From Octopus vulgaris (taxonomy: Eukaryota), in contig OX597814.1 in NCBI GenBank assembly GCA_951406725.2, positions 166,904,001-166,968,000 of the forward strand: a DNA stretch of 64,000 nt. Direction: 5' to 3'. Shown piece by piece: positions 40,084 to 54,119 of the stretch. The notes beneath the pieces were generated by a model, which was not told the DNA's origin, made no database searches, and was given only the letters and a program-made list of their open reading frames with translations. The position numbers were made by a program, and so were the translations under genes. The first letter of the stretch is position 1. Each line of letters begins with the position of its first letter.

Positions 40084-40251
40084 CTCTCGCTCGCTCATTT
40101 TCTTTCTTTCGCTCTTTCTTCACACACGTACATGCACACACACACATAGACACACACACACACACACGCACACACGCAGATACACACATGTATATTTATA
40201 ATGATATATCTTTCTTTGCATCTGTCTCTAGCTCATCTCTTACTTTGTCTC

Positions 40252-40284
<33 letters not shown>

Positions 40285-40546
40285 TGTATGTATGTATGTA
40301 TGTATGTATGTATGCATGCATGTATATATGTATGCATTATGTATGTATGTATGCATGCATGTATGTATGTATGAATGTATGCATGTATGTATGTATGCAT
40401 GCATGTATGTATGTATGTGTGTATGTATGTATGTATGTATGTATGTGTGTATGTATGTATGCATGCATGTATGTATGCATGCATGTATGTATGTATGCAT
40501 GTATGTATGTATGCATGCATGTATGTATGTATGTATGTATGTATAC

Positions 40547-40599
<53 letters not shown>

Positions 40600-41342
40600 T
40601 ACATACATACATGTATGTATATGTACTCAGATACACACACACAAACACACACACACACACCTGCATCATATAGGTAGAGTGACGTAAGCTGTGATGTGTG
40701 CGTGACTGCACGCGGAAGTGTGTAAAAGGTAGAGAGAGCGAGTGAGAGAGAGAGTTAGAGAAAGAAGGAAAGAAAGAAAAAGAATGAATGAATGAAGAAA
40801 GTAATAAAGAAAGAAAGGAAGAAAGAAAGAGGTGATAGTGCATATGAATGTGTGCATGAGTCTACGTGCATATGCGCTTATGCATGAATGTGTGTGTACA
40901 TGTATACACATAATCTATCATCTGTCTATATAATGTGCGTGTATATATGAGTGTGCATATGTTTATGTATATAAGTGCAAATATCTACGCGCAGAAATAT
41001 ACACTGATAGATCTATATGTGCACGTATGTGCATGTGTGCGCGAGTGTATACGCGAATGCATATGTATATGTATAAGGGAAAGTTTGTGTATACAGAAAC
41101 ACATTCACAGCTTACATATATAATATTTCTAAGCAACATGAAAATATTGTTTAGAAATAATCAAATCCTGAGCGGAATCATATTTATATTTCGAAAATTC
41201 TAAGCAGTTGCTACTTTTAATCAGACAAGTATAGGAATTCCTATTACTTACAGAAAATATGTATCAATGATATATATACATATATGCATATATATATGTG
41301 CGTGTGTGTGTGTGTGTGTGTACACATTTATATACGCACACG

Positions 41343-41406
<64 letters not shown>

Positions 41407-41610
41407 CACACACACATGTAGGCGTAGGAGTGGCTGTGTGGTAAGTAGCTTGCTTACGAACCATTTGGTTTCGGGTTCAGTTCCACTGCGTGGCACCTTG
41501 GTGGGGAACACCAAGGTGGGGAACACATACGCCATTGAAACCGGGAAACCGGGCCCATGAGACTGGCTAGGCTTTAAAAGGGCGCATTTATTTATTTTAC
41601 ATATCTGCAT

Positions 41611-41651
<41 letters not shown>

Positions 41652-41831
41652 AATTTATGTATTTAAGTATTATATTTGATATGTATCTTTTCCACTACTG
41701 GAATTTTGGGAGCAGAAGTCGATTACATAGATCTCAGCGTTCGACTGGAAGGATAAAAGGCAAAGAAGACCTCATTGTAATTTGAACTCAGAAGGAAAAC
41801 GAAATGTTGGTCTGCGCAATATACATCTTAA

Positions 41832-42490
41832 CGGCGGCGAGCTGGCAGAAACGTTAGCACGCCGGGCGAAATGCTTAACAGTATTTCGTCTGCTGCTACG
41901 TTCTGAGTTTAAATTCCGCCGAGGTCGACTTTGCCTGTCATCCTTTCGGGGTCAATAAATTAAGTACCAGTTACGCACTGGGGTCGATGTAATCGACTTA
42001 ATACCTATGTCTGTCCTTGTTTGTCCTCTCTATGTTTAGCCCCTTGTGGGTAATAAAGAAATAAGTATTTTGTCTGCTGCTACGTCTGGCGGGGAATTCA
42101 CAGATGATATAAAAGGCGGTGAGCTGGCAGAAACGTTAGCACGCCAGATGAAATGTCTATCGGTATTTCGTCTGCCAATACGTTCTGAGTTCAAATTCCG
42201 CCGAGGTCGACTTTGCCTTTCATTCTTTCGGGGTCGATAAGTTGAGTACCAGTTACGCACCGGGGTCGATATAATCGACTTAATCCGTTTGTCTGTCCTT
42301 GTTTGTCCTCTCTGTGTTTAGCCCCTTGTGGGTAGTAAAGAAATAGGTATTTCGTCTGTCTTTACGTTCTGAGTTCAAATTCCGCCGAGGTTGACTTTGC
42401 CTTTCATCATTTCGAGGTCGATAGATTGAGTACCAGTTGCGTACTGGCGTCGATCTAATCGACTGGCCCCCTCCCACTAAATTTCGGTTC
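41832..42490 (+). mobile_element. cluster of Nin-domain SINEs, including a flank-carrying copy at 42088
   Basis: Units at 41832-42063, 42114-42345 and a headless unit to 42490. Other family copies: 18010-18228(-), 37148-37377(-), 50277-50495, 51683-51910(-), 53638-54015, 58540-58750, 58842-59030, 60284-60490, 61731-61962. Confidence 0.85.
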
Positions 42491-42793
42491 TTGTGAAAAA
42501 AATATATATATAAAAGAGTATATGTATAAAATATATATAAAAGAGTAGAAAAGTATATATATATATACATCTTTCCAGCCATGACCATTCCTTCTTTTAA
42601 TTACCGAACATTTTGTACTCCAGGCTACCTAGCCACATTATAACTTATCAAATTTCTTTTAAGCTGATAGGGTGTGGTTTAAAGGTAATTTGATTGCTAT
42701 TTCTTGTAAACCGAGCGACTGTGTCTGAGTTTTTTCTTGTGTGTGTTGCTCATGTGTGTGTGTGTGTGTGTATATATATGTACTTTGTTTTCT

Positions 42794-43661
<868 letters not shown>

Positions 43662-43995
43662 GGAAGGCAAAGAGGATATCCGTGTCTACACGCAACTACA
43701 TTGGCACTCAAAGCAATTTGTGAATGTATAGTGAACACTACCAAATTCAACTCGCTCGAGAATGATGGCTATACCTTTTTACTAACGAACTCCCCGAAAA
43801 CTCATTTCTAAAAATAAAAATATAAAAGACGTTTAAGCGTCTTATTGATATTGTGGTAAGAAGCTTGCTTCCTAACCACATGGTCCCGGGTTCAGTCTCA
43901 TTGCGTGGTATCTTGAGCAAGTGCCTTTTGCTACAGCCTAGGACCGACCAAAGCCTTGTGAATGGATTTGGTAGACGGAAACTGAAATAAGTCCG

Positions 43996-44065
<70 letters not shown>

Positions 44066-44289
44066 GTGTGTGTGTGTGTGTGACTGTGTTTTTTCCCCAC
44101 CACTTCTTGACAACTGGTGTTGGTGTGTTTTCGTCCCTATTATCTAGCGGTTCGGCAAAGTGACCGATGGAATAAGTGCCAAGCTTTAAAAAATAAGTCC
44201 TAGGGTCGACTAAAACCCTTCAAGTCGTTGCCTCAGCATGGACGTGGTCAATTGACAGAAACAAGTAAAATATCTAAAAAGATATATAT

Positions 44290-44612
44290 TTGTTTTGCAA
44301 GATTTTTGATGTGAAATCGTTTGTGGAAACAGATATTGTTGTATTTAGGAATGGCCATTTTGCCAGTTTAGCCAATAAAAACACACGCACTATAATGGCT
44401 GACCGTTAGTAAGGAGAGACACACAAATAAGAAAAAGAAAGCAAAGGACCACTGATGAGGTCACAGGAGTGTGACGAAAGAACTCTGGCCGAAATAAGAT
44501 TAAGATTAATGTAAAAAATGAATAACGCTGAAGCAAAGTAACACCAAATATATAGTGCGTGTGTTTTTAATGGCTAAACTGGCAAAATGACCATTCCTAA
44601 ATACTACAATAT
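44290..44612. mobile_element. Penelope-like terminal structure: ~60-bp inverted repeats enclosing a hammerhead motif
   Basis: IR 44333-44394 / 44551-44612. Confidence 0.65.
44447..44490 (+). ncRNA. minimal type I hammerhead ribozyme motif
   Basis: GACCA CTGATGAG GTCAC aggagt GTGAC GAAA G aa C TC TGGCC. Confidence 0.65.
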
Positions 44613-47105
44613 AAAAAGATAAGAATCTGTAAAAGTGAAAGAACCATTATTTTTTTTTTCAGGGAAACCCATACAGTTCACTGGTTCTTGTGCACTTACG
44701 ATTCATTCTTGTACTAAAAATGTTCCCCAGCCCTGTTACAGCACATCCATTTTTTTTTATAGTCTCATACGCCTATTCTGGCATGATAGACTCACGTGAC
44801 TACTTAATCTCATTTTCGCCATTTATTATATGACCGTAAACTGAATTGTTAACAGGCTATCTTCTATCCGAACTATTTAATCTCATTATTGCGAATATAT
44901 GACCGGAAAATGATTTGTTAACGTACTGCTTACTTTCAACCCGTGCCACTTTCTCTTTCGACGTAGTGCTACTTCTGATTAAAGCGTAAACTAAGCATTA
45001 TATTTCATATTTGTTTCTACAATAAATATCTTTAAAAAATATACCTTGAATGACAATATGGTTACAATCGTATCACTTGGTAATGTTTTCAATATATTCT
45101 CTTCCCTTATTGCTAACGATTTATCGATAGTAATTTAAAGTGATTCTCGTAAAACGAAATGCAACCAAGAATGGTTTCTCCAATGACGAAAGGAAGCTTT
45201 AGGAATATTCCGTTTGGATTACTATAAAAATGTTGGTCTGTTTCATATTATTTTCACAGCTGATTCCTATTTTTCCTTCCTTTTTGTAAATTTATTGTTT
45301 GTCGTTTATAGCTTCCTATTTATTGAGAAATTAATTCAAATCATAATTGAGATGCTTAGAAGTGTTTATGGTAGATATGTGGATCAAATAACAATTAGTA
45401 GAACGAGTTAGCCATAAAATGAAAACATCAATAATGACATAGAAGAACAATAATACTGTAAACAGCCAATCGGAAAGAAAAAGGTAATGTTATAAATAAT
45501 TCATAGCAATTACCAACAGCATCAGAACAAGTCAATAAATTATATTATTGACATACTTGTGTACATTAATTGTCTCATTAAATGCTGGTGGATATATTAA
45601 CCATAATTCTATGTTTGTCACCATACGACAACTTAGACCATCTCTGCAAGTTGGAAGGGCGCCATTCAATCGACTACAGAACTGACTCGGTTGTTTTATA
45701 GGAACAATTTGGGAGAGCACTGTAACGATTGAAGCGTTATTCTCGTGCTTGAAATTGCAAATATAAAATTTTCATTGCTCTGTGGTCAATAAGGTAAAGA
45801 CTAAAAATGAAACGCATTCCTAGCTAGAATACAACTTTTATATAAATATGAAATGAAATTTTATATAAATACTCTTTACTCTTTTTACTTGTTTCAGTCA
45901 TTTGACTGTGGCCATGCTGGAGCACCGCCTTTACTCGAGCAAATCGACCCCAAGACTTATTCTTTGTAAGTCTAATACTTATTTTATCGGTTTCTTTTGC
46001 CGAACCGCTAAGTTACGGGGGCGTAAACACACCAGCATCGGTTGTTAAGCGATGTTGGGGGGACAAACACAGACACACAAGCACGCATACACAAGCACGC
46101 ACACACATATATATTTACATATATACGACGGGCTTCTTTCAGTTTCCGTCTACTAAATCCACTCACAAGGTTTGGTCGGCTCGAGGCTATAGTAAAAAAC
46201 GTGCCACGCAGTGGGTCTGAACCCGGAACCATGTGGTTGGTAAGCAAGCTACTTGCCACACAGCCACTCCTTCACCTACATATAGGCGTACATAAATTTT
46301 TGTTCAACCCAGGCGGTCGAAAAACATGAGTCATCATTTTAAATAAATTAATATCTTACGATAATTAGGAGGCAGGATCATTAGCACGCCAGGGGAAATG
46401 CTGGTGGTGGTCGACAAACACAAAGACACACACACACACACACACACTATCTCCCTCTCACACTCGAATATATATGACAGGTTTCCACACAGTTTCCACC
46501 TACCAAATTTTCTCACAAGGCATTGGTCATCCCGGAGTTATAGAAGACACTTGCTCAAGGTGCCACGTTATAGGATTGAACCCGAATCCTCGTAATTGCA
46601 AAGCGAGCTTCTTAACCACGCAGCCATACCTGTGCTAATCTAGTAATTTTATCAGCACGTAACTAGGCACATTAAGCGAACAACCAAATTTATCTTGGTT
46701 GATCAAATTATTTTTATTCCATCTACATTATAATGGAGAAAGCTGCTTATTAATTAGGTATGTAACAGTTACTAAAAGTACTAAAAGAAAGCAGTTATTA
46801 AAGGTTTGACCAACCGGAAATTTTTTTTTTTATTAATATTCTAAGAAATTTCCTATAACTTCAATTTCTGAAGTTAATATATCTCACTTTTATCTTTTAC
46901 TTGATTCAGTCTTCAGAGAGCGGCCATGCTGGGGCACTGACTTGAGGGTTTTCTAGTCGAACAAATCAACTGAAGGACTTATTCGCTTTAAGTATAGTAC
47001 TTATTCTATCATTCTTTCTTGCCTAATCGCTAAGTTAATGGGTCGTAAATACACCAATACACCAACGCCGGTTGTCAACCGGTACTGAGGGACAAACACA
47101 AAGAT

Positions 47106-47136
<31 letters not shown>

Positions 47137-47681
47137 CATATATAGATATACACATATGTATATATATATATATATATATATCGTTGTCATTATGTGAAAT
47201 TGTCGTATGTCCTAACTTGGCCAAATGCATTTTTTTCAATATTTATTTTTGCTTACAACAGCCAGTTCTTTTTATCAAACTATCGTATCTTCAGCTGCTT
47301 CAGATACCAAGATATCAAAAACTGTCAAAGTATAGTACGACGGTTTTGCTATGGAATGATGAAACTATTTTATCGTTTTCTGAAAAAGCAACGTTTTGGA
47401 CTTACGACACTTTTGCACTATAACAACGATATACACGCATTGAGTCGAAACAGGGGCAGCTGATGAAGGGGAATGTTCCTTGTGTTATTTGTCTTGTACT
47501 CTGTTTTTTCGTTGTTGAAAAAGTCCGTTTCCTTCTTTGGTATTTTGTTTTCGTTTCTCGTTGTGTTCTACGTTTATTGTGGTGTCCTGTACTCATATAT
47601 GCATGTATATATACATATAGATGTAGATATGTACATATATGTATGTATGTATGCATATGTTTTATTTATTAAATTGTTATA

Positions 47682-47716
<35 letters not shown>

Positions 47717-49271
47717 ACGAACCTCTTTCAGTTTCTGTCAACGAAATCCACTCACAAGGCTTTGGCCTGCCTGAGGCTATAGTAGTTGCCACGCAGCGGG
47801 TCTGAACCCGGATCCATGTAGTTAAGAAGCAAGCTTCTTACCACACAGCCACGCCTGCACCTAAATAAAATCCCGCCAATAGAATCTCCGTTTCATCCAC
47901 AGATCAATACACGTACTCAAAAATCTTATTCCATACAATTACTTTTATATGTTTAATACAATTACTTTTCTTATTAGCGTCAAATATAATGAAGCGTATT
48001 ATATAATTTACGTACTGATGACTTCAGCAGTATAAGTCTTTCTTAGAACTATAGGAAACACAAAGCATTTCAGTGATAGCTTTTCATTTGATAAGTAAGG
48101 CAATTTTAACAAGATTTTATATTTTCAGCTGACAGGAAATAAGACTTATTTTTACTTTTAATTGTCGTTATTGGTTGTTTCACAAAAGGAAATGCATCTT
48201 GCAACTTTAATAAAAATGGAACGCTGCTAACATTTTTTTTCAAAATTTTAATCTACTGTCTTTGTTACTGAGTCTCTCATTTATAACTTACTAATTTACT
48301 TCAAGCGTCATTAATTTGTATTCAAATATTTTCAATTTTCAGTCTCTAAGCATTTCTCTCTCTCTGTCTCTGTCTCTCTATCTCTCTCTTTTTCTCTCAC
48401 TTCCTTTTATTCACATTCTCAAACACACAAAAAACGCATGCACACACTCATAGACATTTCTTTTCAAACAAATGAGCATCCCCTTCTCCCTTTCTCAACA
48501 TCTTCTCTTTGTATTACATTTTAGTTAGAGAAGGATCAATCTCTTAGATTCCACACATTTTGTTTGCGAGCGCTGTAAGCGATGATAAATTATATGTTGG
48601 TAATTGAATCATCTACATAGGTTCGATTTCCAGCTGAGCAGTTTCACCTCCTTTACGTCTATATTCGAGACTATTAGCAGAAGTGTAGTGAGCAGTGAGA
48701 GCAGTGAACTCTAGTGGATAGTTTTACACACTTTACTTTTTATTTTTAAGGACTGCGAGCCGGCAGGATCGTTACAGCGACGAAAGATGCTTTACGCGCT
48801 TTCTTCCGGCTCTTTAAGTTCTGACTACAAATCGAATTACGCCCAGGTCATCTCTGCCTTTCATCCCTTCGAAGTCAATAGACTAGGGTACCAATCTAGT
48901 ATTGGTGTCGACAATATCGATAAACTCTCTTTTCAAAATTATTGGCCTTGTACCTCAATCAGAAAAAAAATTTGCTTATATAAACGATCTTACATCATTA
49001 ATTAGGTGGCTCAAATTCATGTGTATATGGGTAGGGTTGCGCGCATGTGTGTGTTTGTGTGTGTTAGAAAAAGCAGAAAAGCATAAGTCTCATAGATAAT
49101 TCATAATTCAATTACTTTCAACAGCTGTTTCATTAAGAATAAACCTAATTAAGATACATATTTAATTAAGATAATTTAAAGTAACTTTTATCCCAACGCT
49201 TTATGCATGCCACAAACCGCTGCTGGTTTAATTAGATGTATACACACATCCACATACATATATGTGTATAC

Positions 49272-49326
<55 letters not shown>

Positions 49327-52300
49327 TATATATAACCTTTCGCTGCGGATATAGTCTCGAGAGAAAATTCTCCTCAGAGATAAAATGAGTGAAAAGATGG
49401 ACGATGACAGGATTGTGGGGCGTATGCATAACATTCCTGATATTTTAAGATAAATATTGCTTTAAATTGATGAAGTTTATTTATATTGATTATGTATCTT
49501 AATCACGTAATTACATAACTGATGATGTTTATTCCAAACGAACATCTACTGAACATAATTTAATTACGAATTGTCAAATCTACGCCTTCTTGCTTTTTAC
49601 TCTAAATATACATTGCTCTTAAGAATCGTTGATGCTTTTCCTACTTGGATTTACTGCCATGTTATAACGTCTCGGAGGTTAACAACCTAGGACTAATTGA
49701 GTCCTTAATTACCATGGATATATATTTTTTTGGTGTTTTATACATAGCTTCATATAATATATATACATATATGTACGTGTGTATGCAAGCGTATTTGTAT
49801 GTGTGTGTATACATACATACATACATAAATACATACATACATACATACATGCATGCATACATATGAATATACATATCTATAAACATATATACATGCATAT
49901 ACACACGCGTACATGTTTATTACCAACACTTGTTTCCTTGAAGTTTCAGTGTGGTCATGTTATATATCAAATCTGCTGCATATACATAATTATTTATTTG
50001 TCTGAAAAAAGGTTTTGCATTATAAATTTATAGATGAATATGAATAAATTTCTTCAGCATATCTTGAATATTACCTACACCGTCTTCATTAAGATATTAT
50101 CCTCACTAATTTTAAATGCTTCTTTCTACGGTTGTATTTTAGAGAACAAAACATTCTCTCTAAAACTTTCTTGAAAAAAATATTTTAATTCTCCATTTCT
50201 GTTCCTTGCTTGCTATTCCCTTTGATGAACACAACAATTATTAAAACAGCTGTTATAATCATTATTAATATAGCTAAGGTGGCAAGCTGGCAGAATCGTT
50301 AGCATGCCGGGCAATATGCTTAGTTGCATTTAGTCTGTCTTTTCGTTCTGCTTTGAAATTCCGCCGAGGTCGACTTTGTATTTCATCCCTTTCGGAGATC
50401 GTTAAAATAAGTACCAGTTGAGCACTGAAGTTGATGTAACCGACTTAACCCCTCCCACCGAAATTGCTGGTTTTGAGCCAATATTTGAAACCATTATTAA
50501 TACATCTCTCTATCTATATTCCAGCAGAAGACTTGGAGGCTCTATGACGTAATTCGCAGACGATCATGTTGGCTAGTTTAGCAATGATGTTCAGCTGTTG
50601 TTGCCTTTGATTTGTTCCAGAACAACTCTGCTCGAGCAGATCTAGGATCAAAGACGTTCCAGCTTTGACCTAACCTTCTTTGAAAATTATTAACAATTTC
50701 ATTATTTAATATTTCCCTAAAGCGGCATTCTGGCAGAATTGTTAGCATGTCGGACAAAGTGTTTTGCGGAATTTCTTCCAGATCTTTAACGTTCTGTTTT
50801 CAAAACTTGCCGTGGCCAATTTACCTTTCATCCTTTCGAGATCGATAAAATAAAGTATCAATCAAGTACTGGGATCGACATGATTTCAAAATTGCTGGCA
50901 CAGTGCTAAAATTAGAAAGAATTATCTAATGTTAGTTTCCCACCACCACCACCATATAAATGACGGTAGAATATGACTGGAGAGAGATTTTACTTCTATT
51001 TCTAGCAAGTTAAACAACCCTGTAGAGTTTCCCCCCTTACTGATGTGTTGCACAACGAATATCAGTTTGACATATGAGGCGGTCTCGAGACCTCTTTGTC
51101 TCGCTTCCTTATGTGCAGACATACATACATATATGCATCTATGTTTATATATAGAGATCAGTCAAGTGTCAAGACCAAACATTGGGATTAAAATGACCCA
51201 GCCACCACTACTGTATTCAGCATTCAGACAGGCGTCATCATACTTTATACAGTGAACAAGAAATTTTAATCAAATAAAATTACACTCTTAATGATGAGAT
51301 AATATATCATTATGTTAACGAGAAATTCTGGATAAGAAATTTTAGAATGCAATATGGAGTGAATCTGATCTTTGGTAGGACGATCACAACTCTGATCACA
51401 TATGCAAAAACAATCTGTATATGAAATATATCAGCATGGATATAAAAGAACGAGGGTGCATCTCCCTGCGTTTCGGGTGTCTGGTTCGCGGTCATAAGGT
51501 CGTGGGTTCAATTCCTGATCCGGCAACACAATGTGTTTTTCATCAATGCACTTCATTTTAAATTACTCTGGTCTATTCCATTGTAGATAGTACCAATCGG
51601 GTACTTCATGCAGCTCTCTATTACAACTTGGATGTTCCGTAGGATCAGTATCAGAGTATCTCTGCTCGCTACTATATATATTGCTTTACTACCCACAAGG
51701 GGCTAAACACAGAGAGGACAAACAAGGACAGACAAACGGATTAAGTCGATTACATCGACCCCAATGCGTAACTGGTACTTAATTTATCGACCCCGAAAGG
51801 ATGAAAGGCAAAGTCGACCTCGGCGGAATTTGAACTCAGAACATAACGGCAGACGAAATACGGCAACGCATTTCGCCCGGCGTGCTAACGTTTCTGCCAG
51901 CTCGCCGCCTTTCTGCTCGCTACAATATAGTCGTTTGTCTGTCCTTGTTTGTCCTATGTTTAGCCCCTTGTGGGTAATAAAGTCACATATAGAGTCACTT
52001 AAAACAATTAGTGAATGCATGGCTCATATGACGAAGCTATACTCCGCAAATGACGGTTGCCTTAGCCAAAGAAAATCAATAATTAACTGAAAATATTGAA
52101 AATTTCACACGTAGGAAAATCTAAGTTGACTAGAATTAGGAAAAATGTTGAGTAAGCTCTATCTTCTCTATATTTTATTCTATATCTTTTGGTTGTGTTT
52201 GCACAACCAAAAGAACGAACACAAAACTCAACCTTCATTTATCTTCCTTCTTTCTTTTTTCCCCCTTATCTCAATATCTATTTTCCGATCTTCTTCCCTC

Positions 52301-52595
52301 TCGCTGTTCTCTTTCTTTTTATTTTATCTGTTTTTTCAATGATTTACCTTCTTATCTCCTTGCCACCATCTTGTTCTCTCATACTCTGCTACCAACTTTA
52401 AACTTCTCATCTGCTTTTTATCAGCTAGTCCGTTGAAGAGAGACAATGTTCATAGGCCTTGAAGGCTCTCCACAACTGAGTGTCCTATTTCTCCTTAACT
52501 CTACTCGTTCCATTTTATTACTTAACTCTTTCTCTCTCGATTCTGTCTTTCACTCTCTTTAAAATTCATACTGTCTGTCTATCTGTCTGTCTGTC

Positions 52596-52659
<64 letters not shown>

Positions 52660-53573
52660 TTCTCGCCGTTTCTACTTCTTTTTCATACTGTTTTACTCCT
52701 CAATGCCAACCCTCATCTTATGCCTTATTACATTATCTTATTCATGCATTCTCTTCCTTCTTCTTCTTCTTCTTCTTCTTCTTCTTCTTCTTCTTCTTCT
52801 TCTTCTTCTTCTTCTTCCACTTTTTCCTCCTTTTTCTCACTATCAATCCGTCTTTCTCCCTTTCTCTCTTTCTTTTCCTTTATCTCACACACACACGCTT
52901 GCACGCATGCAACACACACAGCGGTAAAGACGTGTCTTCGCGCTTCAACCGTTGCAACGTACCCATATTCACTTGTATGTATAAGTTTATGTCCATGTGA
53001 TATTACTATTCGCCTGATCTGTAAAATAAATGAACAGCAGCCAGTAAAATCTTCACGTTTTATCGTGGACCTTCAGTTTTTAAAATGCCACCTCGTATAT
53101 TAAGGCAGCTTTTATGATGGAACATGAACCACCGAACAAGATGAGGATAAATTATTGCCTCAAGTTTTGTAACGTTAAATATCTGATATCAGATCAAGAA
53201 CCACGTTTCCTTTTTTAAAATTGTTTGGTGAGGGACTTATCAAAAGAATGTTAACGAAATCATTATGAAGAAAATATTAAAACAGTGATATAATTAAGCG
53301 TACCATGAATCAAAGATGAAATATCGAAAATTAGGATATCTTTACGATGGAATTCAATTCTAAGGAAAAGTAACTTCCCTTTTATCTTCACCTTCTCTCT
53401 ATAAATCCCTATAAAATTTATATATCAGTAACTACAATTGTTATTGGTGTTGATTTATTCTGAGTTCAAATCCTGCCGAGCTCAACTTTCTTCCTTCTGA
53501 AGTAGATATATTAAGTAACAATTGAACACTGGGATCGATGTAATCAATTATATCCACTCCCCAAAATTTCAGG

Positions 53574-53638
<65 letters not shown>

Positions 53639-54051
53639 AGCAGTGAGCTGGCAGAATCATTAGCACGCCGGGAGAAATTCTTAGCAGTATTTCTTCTGCC
53701 GCTACGTTCTGAGTTCAAATTCCGCCGAGGTCGACTTTGCCTTTCATCCTTTCGGGGTCGATTAAATAAGTACCAGTTACGCACTGGGGTCGATATTATC
53801 GACTTAATCCGTTTGTCTGTCCTTGTTTGTCCTCTCTGTGTTTAGCCCCTTGTGGGTAGTAATGAAATAGGTATTTCGTCTATCTTCACGTTCTGCGTTC
53901 AAATTCCGCTGTGGTCGGCTTTGCCTTTCATTAAGTACCAGTTACGCACTGGAGTCGATGTAATCGATTTAATCCCTTCCCCTAAAGTTGAGGCCTCCTG
54001 CTTCCACTAGAAAGGATTATTATTGTTGTTGTTGTTGTTGTTGTTGTTGTT

Positions 54052-54119
<68 letters not shown>

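Noticed and set aside
47455-47490. CTGATGAAG hammerhead candidate (also 48014 and 49519)
   Set aside because: No GAAA plus cleavage triplet or stem I in the required positions.
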